Shown here: in pieces, positions 36,388-47,784 of the stretch
Numbering within the stretch: position 1 is the stretch's first letter
How the letters are laid out: every line of letters begins with the position of its first letter
Source: Microthyrium microscopicum
Taxonomy: Eukaryota
Direction: 5' to 3'
Length of the DNA stretch: 64,000 nt
NCBI GenBank assembly: GCA_010405405.1
Contig: MU004230.1
Span: 1,708,627-1,772,626 of the forward strand
Program-made: the position numbers and the translations under genes
Notes under the pieces: model-generated
What the model was told of the DNA's origin: nothing
What the model saw: only the letters and a program-made list of their open reading frames with translations
Databases searched by the model: none

Positions 36388-39300
36388 TCACCATTCGTCT
36401 TTTTTGAACTCGAATTTGAACTGGCCATCCCAAGGCACCTCATGCATTTCAAGGAGGATGTTTTTCAGCCGCTGAATGTGTTGTACACTTCCCCATGAAA
36501 GCTGACCAGGCAGACCAGCCAAAGCACCAGTAGTGATATTCTCGAGCGGGGGGTAATGCTGTCTGGCATACCAGTACTCTCGTCTTGTGTTGTGTCCGAT
36601 ACCTTGTGCTGTTGCTGGATCCAACTCTTCGTCAATATGCTTCTCTTCGTATCGCTGACGATGCGTTGTATCCGTGGGCAATTGGTCGTATTCATCATCA
36701 CTATCTCCGAGCCCACAATCAGCGGCAAAATCTTTGGGTGGAAAGTTTTCTTGCCAAAAGTATTGATTCAGACATCTAGATTGTCAGTATAAGTTCATCA
36801 TGGGGGGCTAGTGTTAGCCAAAGCAGTATTTGAGCAGTCAATGCTCTGCTGAAAGGCCGTTCCATGGCGGTTTGCCAGGTAAACCTTTCAACAGAGCATC
36901 AAGCAGTGAAATACACAGGTTGGCCTTACACAGGGCAATACATACCGGTCTCTGTATCTATGCGGGTTTGGCGGAGATCCTAGTGGGGTGTTTGATGGCG
37001 AACCTGAATCATCCGGGTCAAAGCCAGCATAGCGCCTACGTTTCTTTGTCGCGGGGCTTGCATGGCAGGATCCTTCGTCTGATACTTCACTTGATTCCTC
37101 GCTCAATGACCGGGTAAAGCAGTCAGTTCCAAAGCAAACAGCACGCATCTGATGATATCTTGAGTCGTATGGAGCATACGTCGTGTCGAAATGGTTCACT
37201 AGAGGATGAACAATCTCCAAGCGACCCAGCGATCTGCCAGGCTGCACAAGCAGAACCCACAATAGATAAACCCATTCAGCTAGGGAGGTCGTCATGCAAT
37301 GTTTGAGCGTCAAACGTCTCAGAGTCATGGGGAGCCAGGAGACCAGTGGTGGACCCATAAACGGCAGCACTGCCCCTGGTAGGGGTATTGAAGCACGAAT
37401 TTGGGGTAGAGTCCACTGTGAGCCATTAAGCATACTCCCGAAAGAAATATTCTCTAGATGTATGGTATGCAGGTGCTGGAACTGTTGCCAATGTAGCATA
37501 TGGTTGAGGCCATGACCAGTTACTCCAGTACCGCACCACGAAGGCTTGATTAGGCTGAAATTTGGTAAACATAGTTCCAAGTGTCGCAAATTTCTTAGTG
37601 AATTGAATCGTTCCGCAAAGTCTGTAGGACCTGTATCGCACACGGTATCTTCGTCAACATGTGCTCCTCTATCTTGTATACAGATGCTAAACTTTTCCAC
37701 GGTATTCCAGAATGAGACATTATTGTTCACAACTTCGGATTGGATAGTGTTTCCATGTGAGTCTACTCCTGCAGGACTGAGCGACGTATAATTGACATAT
37801 GGCAAAACCAGTCGAAACTCTGACATTGAGAATGGTCGTGGAACATAAGCAAAAACGTGATTTGGGTCTTGTGACAAGTCTTGGCCCATGAAGAGGGATG
37901 ATTCGACTAAGACTTTCCGAACCCAGACTTTCTTGAAGTCTGGATATATGGAGCCTGGAAGGCGATCGTCCTGCCGAAAAGGAGGCTTTCGTAAGAATGC
38001 ATTTATGGTTCTATGCAGCGTTGAATTATCGGAGTGGACTCTCAAATAGAAAGGCTGTTTTTTGGGCGATAAAAGGTCTTGATTTAGGGGTTCAAACTTG
38101 CCTTTCTTCAGTGCTGCGATCCCTCTTAGCCGAGTAGATTGAGACTGGGCTAGTCGTGTTTCTGTGCCAATGTTTACAAAGTCGTCTTCACTTTCCGAGT
38201 CAGATTCATGTTCCGCTTTGTCAGTTGCAAACTCCCGCGCCCCAATGGTATTTAATATAGGATAGAATCCCATCGTGCGACCCTACGGCACAGTTAGTCT
38301 AGAGTCCTCATATCCCATCGATTCCGATGTATTCATTGAGACATGATAAGGATCTCACTTGACAAAGGAGGGTCTTTAACCAACTACGAAGCATCGACTA
38401 AAGCCGTGATGCTGTTTGAGATGAAAGAAGGCAATATCGCAAGAAATGCACTTACCCATCGTCTATGCAGCCTTCTGGCTCTTTTGGATGGCTTTGTTGA
38501 CTCAATTTCTTCGTTGATGTATTCGCGTCCTGTCCTGTCATAATGTGTGATTATGATAGTGTCTAGTTTGAACCCATTTTTCCGTCTCCGCGCAATTCTC
38601 CTCGCACTTTTTATCGCAATTTTTAGCGCCTTGTCTTCTGACTCATTGTCTTTTGGCTTATCGTCTTTTGGCTTGTTTTCATCTGATTCATCCTCATCTG
38701 ATCCATCCCCGTCTGAACCACGCCAGTTTGAGTCCGCTATTGTTAAGGCTTCGTGCAGGCCGTCAGTAATTATCTGTGATTCATTAGTCTCACTTCACTC
38801 TGTGTTTTGATTGATGGATATCTCATCGGTGAATGAATTGTGCTGAGACGCCATTTCAGAGCACCTCAGCATAAGCATTGACACGTTTTTGGTGAACAAA
38901 TAGACCCGGAATTCACTTCATCATGTAAAAACTTACACCGTCCTCACGAAGCTCAGATTGATTCGCCAGAGAGAGTCGTTGATATCTTTGGAGAACCGCT
39001 CGAAGTCTAGGGTTTCGAACGTGGATAATATCGCGATTGGGTTCCACGCTGTTAAGATTTTGCCAGTAAAAGCCATTGAGATAGTCTGTCGAAATATCAA
39101 GCTCTCTTACCAACCTTCGGGCTGGCCTTTCGCATCTAACCTCCGACCCTTCTGAATGAAGCAATTTGCCCAGTGCATGGATATTATTTCTCTCTGCGTG
39201 GCGTCAGAGTTAGACACGCTCAATTTTAGGGAAGTGTTACATACCTAGCATTATCTTGACGCGCTTGAGAATTTCTCTCCTGGTGATTTTCTGCGCTTGT

Positions 39301-39569
39301 TTGCCTATACCTAGTATATCCGAGTTATGTCGTAGTGTCTTGAGCACACCATGTGTAGCAGGATCATCCTTACCAAATGGTCGTTTTCTGCTTAATCCTT
39401 TTGACTCATCTGATCTTCGTACATATGGTGTGTTCCAGTCATGCCTGGGATGCTCAACGATTTCCTCTCGTGCATAGCCATGTATTTTTTCCCAGATCTC
39501 TGCGGGTGCATAAAGAACTTTACCAGGACCAGGTGCGGTATTGCCCGCACCGTCGTTGTTGTCAGCCAT
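36388..39569 (-). CDS. Lineage-specific multi-exon protein with F-box-like N-terminus and LRR-like segments (exon joining partly uncertain)
   Basis: APAEIWEKIHGY; LRNLRHLEL / LHTIHLENI / LRRLTLKHC; several same-strand ORFs bounded by GT-AG sites; intron ~36777-36944 restores the frame into the last exon. Confidence 0.5.
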
Positions 39570-40396
39570 TGGCAGTTGATTGATCGGACGTCAGAAAGTA
39601 GCCGATAATTAGTATGATAGTTGGATTACAAGCAAAATTTTGTGAGCATGTGCATAAAAGCCATACCTTGGAGGTAACGACCAGATGCAGCCTGAATAAA
39701 GCATAGAAATAATTCTTTCATGAAAATGAAAAGTGAGACAAAGACAGAAGCTTTCTGATGTCCTATCATTGGGGATGTTCAGTATACCTACATAGTCGAG
39801 AAGACCATGGAACAAAGGGTATACGTGTTTATGATAGGTTCTGGCGTTCATTGTTCATGCTTCACACGAATCATCCCAAGTCTTGGGAGAGAGACAGACA
39901 TCGGACTAAGATCTAGTCCATAGATAACCCACGGTATAACGTTGTAGATGTGCATTTTCCGAACGAATCAAATATATCAATACTTTGACGAAGGAGTTAG
40001 CAACAAGGGACCAAGAACTCAAGGAGGGATGAAGTTGGACATAAGGCGCTAATAGCGGCATGGCCTTAGCGTGGTCTCAGCGTGGCTGGAGCTTGGCGCC
40101 AGAAAACGATCCAAGCGTCGTTGCATCCTCGTCGAGATCAACTTTCCTTGAGAGACGTCATGCTGCAGCCAACCTCCATCCATGTGAAATCGAGATTGTT
40201 TATTCTGCCTGCTCACCCTGTCTCAACCCCTCACAAGCATCATCTTTGCTCGCTGTCAGAAATAGCAGCATCTTGACCCTCCATATCAATTCGAGCCGTC
40301 GTTGAGTAGACCTCGGCTTCTGGCATTTGTTTACTTTGCTCTGGTGCAGCAAACAGTACCTCCATCGACCAGGCAGCCATCCTCGAATCTCTCAAA

Positions 40397-42285
40397 ATGG
40401 CTCTTATCCAAACGAGTTTGATATGGGTGACATACGCCGTAGCAATTGCTATTCTCCTAATAATTGCCACCACCTTCGTCTTCATCTACCAAGATCCCCG
40501 CGAACGAGCTGCCTCTGTAACAACTGTCTGTATATTCACAACGAGCGCCCTTCTAGCAACCGTGCTGTTGATGCCCGTTGATATCGCACTCGTATCAGCA
40601 ACAACTTCCTCAAGAGATGGTAGAAAGAAAGACTGGGCTACACCCGATGCCGTAGAAAGCATAAGGTATACCCTCGAAATCGTATACTACACTCTATACT
40701 CTCTGGACGCGGTGCTGTGCCTCCTTGTCATTCCCTTCACATACTTCTACTTCGAGGAAGGTGGTCCAGATAGCGATGAAGATTCGCCAAGCCTAGGTTC
40801 CAGACTCTGGGGTGCTTTCAAGTATACCATTGGGTTCATTCTATTCGTCGTCATCCTGTTCCTGGTTGGCTTTTTCGTACCAGCTGCCAAAGGAGCCAAG
40901 GATGGAAAGCATCTGGACTTGGACTACTTCAAAAATCTCCTATCAGAAAATCGTACGTTCAAGCTTATCCCTTGCATTGTCAAGACTAACGAATATTAGA
41001 TGGCGAACGCGCTCTCACTTTCGCTCTTGGCTTACTCATCACTCTTGGAACTTTGATATATGTCCTATACACCGCCGCTGGTCTAGCTCTTCTACCCGTT
41101 GCTATGATCAAATCTGCTCCTTCCATCTCAGCCCCATCTCTTGCAGAGAATACCGCTTCACAACTCGAACAAAACCGAGAGCGACAGCATCAACTCGAAT
41201 CAAGAAATGAAGGCCGCGAAGATGGATTGAACTCCAGAGATCAGCGAGAATTGGAGGCTCTCATTCGTGAAGAACGAACTCTTGTTCGACGAGAACGCCT
41301 TGCTGCAGAAGCAACAGGCGAAGGCCGCAGCTGGGTCGTCCGAACCTGGCACAAGGCTGAAGCCGTTTTCAGGCCTATCAAGCTTCTTGGAGGTTTACTC
41401 CTCATGGTCATTGCACTCTTGATCTGGACATCGATGCTCATTACTGGCATTGATAAGGCCAAGAACTCAGTCTGCAAAGCTGGCTGTGGCTATATCCTAG
41501 GACACATCAACATTTTTCAACCCGTCAACTGGATTTTCGTTGTTTCATCAAAGGTCTTCCCAATCGACTATATAGTCTTCCTCTTCCTTGTACTATTTCT
41601 CTTCGCGTCATCGGTTGTTGGCATCGGCGTCGTTGGCATCCGTTTCCTCTGGATCGTCATCTTCCGCATCCGCAAGGGCCATACAAGCCCACAGGCACTT
41701 CTCATGGCAACTGTGATGCTCACCTTGATCACACTGGCTATCAACTATTCTGTCGCCATGATGATCGCCCCTCAGTATGCCTCGTTCGGAACCCAAACCT
41801 ACTGTGATCTGCCAGCCCGCCATCCAGGCGAGCAACCTGATTGCTCTAACCACCGCAGCTCCATCAAAGCATGCACCGAGCTTGCAGACAACCCAGTCGC
41901 AGGCCTCGTCTGCACGCCAAGTGTTGTGTCTACCTTCATTAACCGAGCAATGCTCAACTTCTCGTTCTTCGGTGTCGTTGACTTTTGGGCTCAATTTGCG
42001 TTCCTTGGTATGTCTCCTTACTCTCTTGAACTCTTGACATTCTAACGAATCGCTTCAGGTGTCTACTTGATTGTCTTCTTGACGACTCTGTTCCGCACTC
42101 CAAAGCTAGATGTGGAAGGTCTGGATGCCGATCTCGAAGAAGAGGAAGAGGAAGGCTTGCTGAGCAGCACTGGTCGACGATTCAATGCCACATGGCAAGA
42201 CATTACCGGACGCTCGAAACAGCGCATGGCCCAGTATGGTGCCACTGATAGCCGAGAGCAGACTAATGGATCTGAGTCTCACTAA
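40397..42285 (+). CDS. LMBR1/LMBD1-like membrane protein (putative lysosomal cobalamin transporter family); introns 40953-40999, 42008-42058
   Basis: [41 protein letters not shown] motifs; multiple TM helices. Confidence 0.85.
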
Positions 42286-42566
42286 GGGCGTGAAGATGGG
42301 GGTGCAAAGAAACAAGCAATACCACTCACTGTATGAATTATGGAATTTGATATGCGTTGTTAGGCGTTATCGTGGGAGTGGCTGGGATTAGTTTAGGGGA
42401 GTTTGCTTCTCGTTTCGTTAGGATACCATAAATTGTTTGAAGTATGATTTTAACATTCAAGCGAGCTTAACTTTGACAAGCCACGCGATTCACATAAATC
42501 CTTTCCGCATAATATGGCGAATTCGGTGCATATGGGAGCATACAACCAGTAGACCAAGCAATATAC

Positions 42567-43449
42567 ATGCCAATTCCATTTGAAGATTTCACGGATCATA
42601 TTGACACCATTCGCCTGCCATTGCATTGGGATGGTTTTGCAGTAATCCATGAACCTATTGCAGCTCAACACAATCTGGTGTCATCTCTGCCAAATTCACA
42701 TGAGACTCGGGTGCCACACGATCCACTGACAGCTATTCTACCAATACCTAGGAATGACGAAGGTGAGTGACTCAAGCTAACAGGTAGCCGCGATCAGCAA
42801 TAAAGTTGATGTCATCCCTCCAGGTCGCCAGACACGCGTGTCAACTTCGAGTGCAGCAATCGAAATCGGCGAGGCCCAATATCATAACTTGGCTGAGCTA
42901 CTATATCACTCTCAAGAAGCAACAGCAAATTTTGAGATCCCATCAAGGCAGTCTTTGGCTCGTTATTTGACCGCCTATACCTTGGATTTCGATCCGCATT
43001 TACCATTCATTCATTTACAGGCCCACATTCGACATATCAAAATCTAGCTTAGAGCTTTTGCTGGCTATCGCATGTGCTGGAGCCCAGTATCGGTTCGAAC
43101 ACAAACAAGCCGTAAGCCTCTTTCTCGCGGCCAAAGCTTATTCTTTTCGAACGCATCAAAGAGCGCGAACGAAATGCGGATTTTGCTGATAAGTGCAAGC
43201 CCCACGAATTCCGGCTACCTGACCACTCCCTTGCGGGAGTCTATCAGCTCATCGATCAGAGTTCAGTCGCGAATGGAAACAGATATCGATTTGATGCAAG
43301 ATGCGCGCTGTTTAATGTGCCCGATTGTCTTCTATTCGAACCGGCAAGTATTTCGAGCCTCAGTGTCCATGCAAGCCATGTTAGTGCAATGCGTTCGCGA
43401 ATATACCCAACCATCACACTGCCAGGCATTACTCAAAGATATGAATTAG
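42567..43449 (+). pseudogene. Relic of a fungal-specific transcription factor (Fungal_trans-like domain)
   Basis: IPSRQSLARYLTAY..DFDPHLPFIHL and AIACAGAQYRFE segments broken by stops and frameshifts. Confidence 0.55.
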
Positions 43450-43893
43450 CTGCTCCCGGAAAGTATGATACAGTTTAAGTCGGCTTACAGCTTTGAGATT
43501 GTAGACTGGGAATTTTCGTAGTATCTTCCAGCTCTTTCTCAGGAGGCAAATTGTTCAGTTTTCAATATCGATAAGGCTGAGCTAGTCTCAAAATGAAAGA
43601 AATAGCAAGGATCATGGCATCTGTAGCCCCTGGAGACCAGTAGCTGTTGCGTCACTGCCATTTTTTGTCTTGTGGTCTCGGCGCTGGAGGGGTACTAACA
43701 TGGAAGGCACAAAGAAGGAAACAGCAAACAGCTATAGAAATCTAAACAGGAAGGTTTGATGGAAAGTATGATTTTGAGCCAATGAGATAATTGATATTTT
43801 AAAGGGCGATTTAATGCGCTTCAAGTCTTTGCTGTTTGCAAGGCAGCAATAGGTAGGCGCAGTGCAGTGGCAGGAAAATGGCGGGGCAACCAT

Positions 43894-43928
43894 AGAAGTT
43901 TTTGGAAAGAAATAGAATGTGGCAGAAG
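43894..43928 (+). promoter_or_regulatory. Step-type heat-shock element upstream of HSP70
   Basis: GAA at 43895, 43905, 43915 and 43925 (exact 10-bp phasing), about 220-250 bp upstream of the ATG. Confidence 0.65.
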
Positions 43929-44144
43929 GTTGGAGGCCCAACAAGAATCTACCAAAGCTTGAATCCAAACCACTACAAAATCCTCTGCTCGCTCAACTTC
44001 GCACACTTCTTTCTTCTTCATCTCAGAAACTCTTCATCCTTCTCCATCTACAAGACTACTTGCTCGGGTCACTCCTAATCCCTTGCTATACTAAAGCCCA
44101 ATACCCAATACCATCACATTCCACTTCCTACACATCCGCACATC

Positions 44145-46591
44145 ATGGCACCAGCTGTCGGTATCGATCTAGGTACCACGTACTCTTGCGTGGGTATCTT
44201 CCGCGATGATCGCATCGAAATCATTGCCAATGACCAAGGAAACCGAACAACACCTTCCTTCGTCGCTTTCACAGACACTGAGCGTCTCATTGGTGATGCC
44301 GCCAAAAATCAAGTCGCCATGAACCCTCACAACACAGTCTTCGACGCCAAGCGATTAATCGGTCGCAAGTTCGCCGATTCTGAAGTTCAGGCCGATATGA
44401 AGCATTTTCCCTTCAAGGTCATTGACCAAGCCGGAAAGCCAGCCGTCCAGGTTGACTTCAAGGGCGAACTCAAGACTTTCACACCAGAAGAGATCTCATC
44501 CATGATCTTGACCAAGATGCGGGAAACTGCTGAAGCATACCTCGGAGGCACTGTCAACAACGCCGTCGTCACCGTCCCAGCCTACTTCAACGACTCTCAA
44601 CGTCAGGCTACCAAGGATGCCGGTCTCATTGCTGGTCTCAACGTTCTCCGAATCATCAACGAGCCCACCGCTGCCGCCATTGCCTACGGTCTCGACAAGA
44701 AGGCCACTGGTGAGCGCAACGTGCTCATCTTCGATCTTGGTGGTGGAACCTTCGATGTCTCCCTCTTGACCATTGAGGAGGGTATTTTCGAAGTCAAGTC
44801 CACTGCTGGAGACACACATTTGGGTGGTGAGGACTTTGACAACCGTCTAGTCAACCACTTCGTCAACGAATTCAAGCGTAAGGTACGTTCAAATCCCCTC
44901 CAAGTTTTCCCTCAAGTTTTCCTTGCAAGTTTTTGGAACCAATAAGTGGCCTCCCATCGACTCCGCTGGGTACCATCGCCTTCTTTCACGAGAGGGTGGT
45001 TTCTTTCCCATCGTATTCGCGGAGAAATGACACTTGTTTTTCCAACCCAGTGGCTGGACGCGAGAAGTGGCATTCTTCCATCGACTCCGCTGGGCACCAT
45101 CGACTCCGCTGGGCCCCATCGCCTTTTTTCACGAGAAGGTGCTTTCGTTCCCATCGTAATCGAGGATAATTTTACTTGTTTTTTCCGCCCCAGTGGCTGG
45201 ACGCAACAAGTGACATATTCCCATCGACTTCGCTGGCTGCCATCGCCTCCTTTGCTGAGAAGGTGCTTTGGTTCCCATCGTAGTCGCTGGGAAAACGCCA
45301 CTTTTTTTGTCGATTGGTTTTTGCATTTTTTTCGCAATTTTTTTTGAAGAATATACACTAAATCTCTCTGAAGCATAAAAAAGACTTAACCAGCAACGCC
45401 CGCGCTCTTCGTCGTCTTCGAACCGCTTGCGAACGTGCCAAGCGCACCCTTTCCTCGTCCGCCCAAACCTCCATCGAGATCGATTCATTGTATGAGGGTA
45501 TTGACTTCTACACATCAATCACTCGTGCCCGCTTCGAGGAGCTCTGCCAGGATCTCTTCCGCTCTACCATGGAGCCAGTCGAGCGTGTTCTCCGTGACGC
45601 CAAGATCGACAAATCCTCTGTTCACGAAATCGTCCTTGTTGGTGGTTCCACCCGTATTCCCAAGATTCAGAAGCTAGTTAGCGACTTCTTCAACGGAAAA
45701 GAGCCCAACCGCTCAATCAACCCCGACGAGGCCGTTGCCTACGGTGCCGCCGTCCAGGCCGCCATTCTTTCTGGCGACACATCATCCAAGTCCACCAACG
45801 AGATCCTTCTTCTCGATGTCGCTCCTCTATCTCTCGGTATTGAGACCGCTGGTGGTGTCATGACTGCTCTCATCAAGCGTAACACCACTATCCCAACCAA
45901 GAAGTCCGAGACATTCTCGACCTTCTCCGATAACCAACCTGGTGTGCTTATCCAGGTCTACGAGGGAGAGCGTGCTCGCACCAAGGACAACAACCTTCTC
46001 GGAAAGTTCGAACTCACTGGTATTCCACCAGCTCCCCGTGGTGTTCCTCAAATTGAGGTCACCTTCGATCTTGATGCCAATGGTATCATGAACGTCTCTG
46101 CCGTTGAGAAGGGTACTGGAAAGTCCAACAAGATTGTCATCACCAACGATAAGGGCCGTCTGTCCAAGGAAGAGATTGAGCGCATGTTGTCAGAAGCCGA
46201 GAAGTACAAGGCTGAGGATGAAGCCGAAGCTTCCCGTATCGGTGCCAAGAACGCTCTCGAATCCTACGCTTACTCTCTCCGCAACACCATGAGCGATCCC
46301 AAGGTTGAGGAGAAGCTTGACGCTGGTGACAAGGAGAAGCTCAAGGCCGAGATCGACAAGACCGTGACCTGGCTCGACGACAGCCAACAGGCCACCAAGG
46401 AGGAGTATGAGAGCCAGCAAAAGGAGCTCGAGAGTGTCGCCAACCCCATCATGATGAAGTTCTATGGTGCTGGCGGCGAAGGAGGTATGCCCGGTGGCAT
46501 GCCAGGTGGTGGCTTCCCAGGCGGTGCTCCAGGTGGTGCTCCTCCTCATGCTGGTGGTGACGATGGTCCTACCGTCGAGGAGGTTGACTAA
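44145..46591 (+). CDS. hsp70: Cytosolic Hsp70 (SSA type); single intron 44883-45373
   Basis: [22 protein letters not shown]-terminal GPTVEEVD; splicing AAG|GT...AAG|CAT restores [29 protein letters not shown]. Confidence 0.98.
44944..45303 (+). repeat. Three tandem structured units (starts 44944, 45065, 45208) within the HSP70 intron
   Basis: Each unit reads AAGTG..CCATCGACTyCGCTGG..CCATCGCCT-hairpin-GGTG..TTCCCATCGTA.TCG..yACTT; units 1 and 2 are followed by CCCAGTGGCTGGACGC. Confidence 0.9.
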
Positions 46592-47469
46592 ATGCCTCGC
46601 TGCACTCTCGCTGGGTCGTCATGATACCACGAGTTCTTTCTTTTTGCTTTCTTGACTCCCCTGTTCTTCTTGGGTCTAGAAACTTTCCCACCGGTATGGC
46701 GTTCAGGCGCGTCATTTGAATTCTTAGATGAACCGAATAGGTTTACGGCCTTGCATGCATTATGATTTTCTTGTATGAAAACATGACCAAAAAACGGGTG
46801 ATGCGCAGTTGATAGATAGTCTGGTTTAGACCGGAATAATTAACTTTATGTTCAAAAAACTCATTGTGCCTTTCCATTCATCGTGACAATGTGCCTTGTG
46901 ACTTGCAATCTATGACATTGAAGACACATCTCTGCAATTGTCCTTTGATCAAATCCATTGGTGTAGATTCTCCCACCAGCATCCGTGCTGCTCGCCGCCG
47001 TCGCTGTTATCAGGCATTGGTCAATTTAGTTGCTCAATTGTTATGGACCTCAAAATTATGTTATGCGGAGGGCTGATATGGTGTTCAGATGAGCCAAGTT
47101 TATTAAAGACTTCATATTCTGCGGGACCTTGCTCAAGCCGCTCATCGGATGACCGCTCATAAATGAAATTAACAGCAAGTCAACCAGAGACAAATATCGC
47201 CTGGAATCTCCTCATCAGACTATTTTCTGCGATTTTACTCTACCACTGATGCTTTGTGTCTTTCTGTACTTCCTAAGTAATCTACCGCGGAAGGAGATTT
47301 GCCAATCCCGTCTTTTCGTTCCATATCTTTTACTCCAACATGAACTCCATATCAGTATCAAATCTCCAAAATCTACGGAAATCCCATTATGAACATTGAT
47401 GTTGTTGAGGATTGCAAATCCATCTTCATTATGATTGGTTGGAAGCTCTGGACCATCTGACCAATCAAT

Positions 47470-47488
47470 ACGCGGTCAAACAACGCGT
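47470..47488. promoter_or_regulatory. MCB (MluI cell-cycle box) elements upstream of CDC45
   Basis: ACGCGT at 47483-47488 and ACGCGG at 47470-47475, next to CCAAT boxes, about 300 bp before a replication gene. Confidence 0.55.
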
Positions 47489-47784
47489 CAAGTCAAACTG
47501 TCAAGGATCAGGTGGCAGGTGCGCTCAAGCTGGATTGCTCTTGCCCATCGCTACCAAACTACCAGCAACTCTCCCACACCCAACATCTCTAACCTACAAC
47601 TCTCAATCCTTCAAATACAGAGTTCCCAGTCTTATCCACACCAAGCCAGATCTTCTGGTCCTGTGTGATCTGCTTATTCTTGACTCTTCTTATTCCAATT
47701 ACTATTCATGATTCTCCCACCTCCGTCGCGTCCCAACCAATCTCGAAATAACCACACCACCTAGCGCGCTGATCACCCTTCACC

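Noticed and set aside
44944..45303. CRISPR-like array interpretation of the HSP70 intron repeats
   Set aside because: Eukaryotic intron; the sequences between repeats are homologous to each other rather than unique spacers; no cas genes
44883..45373. C/D or H/ACA snoRNA in the HSP70 intron (by analogy to vertebrate HSPA8/U14)
   Set aside because: No RUGAUGA/CUGA pair or convincingly placed H and ACA boxes found by eye
44889..45518. ORFs on both strands over the HSP70 intron
   Set aside because: By-products of the repeat; no protein-like features and mostly non-ATG starts
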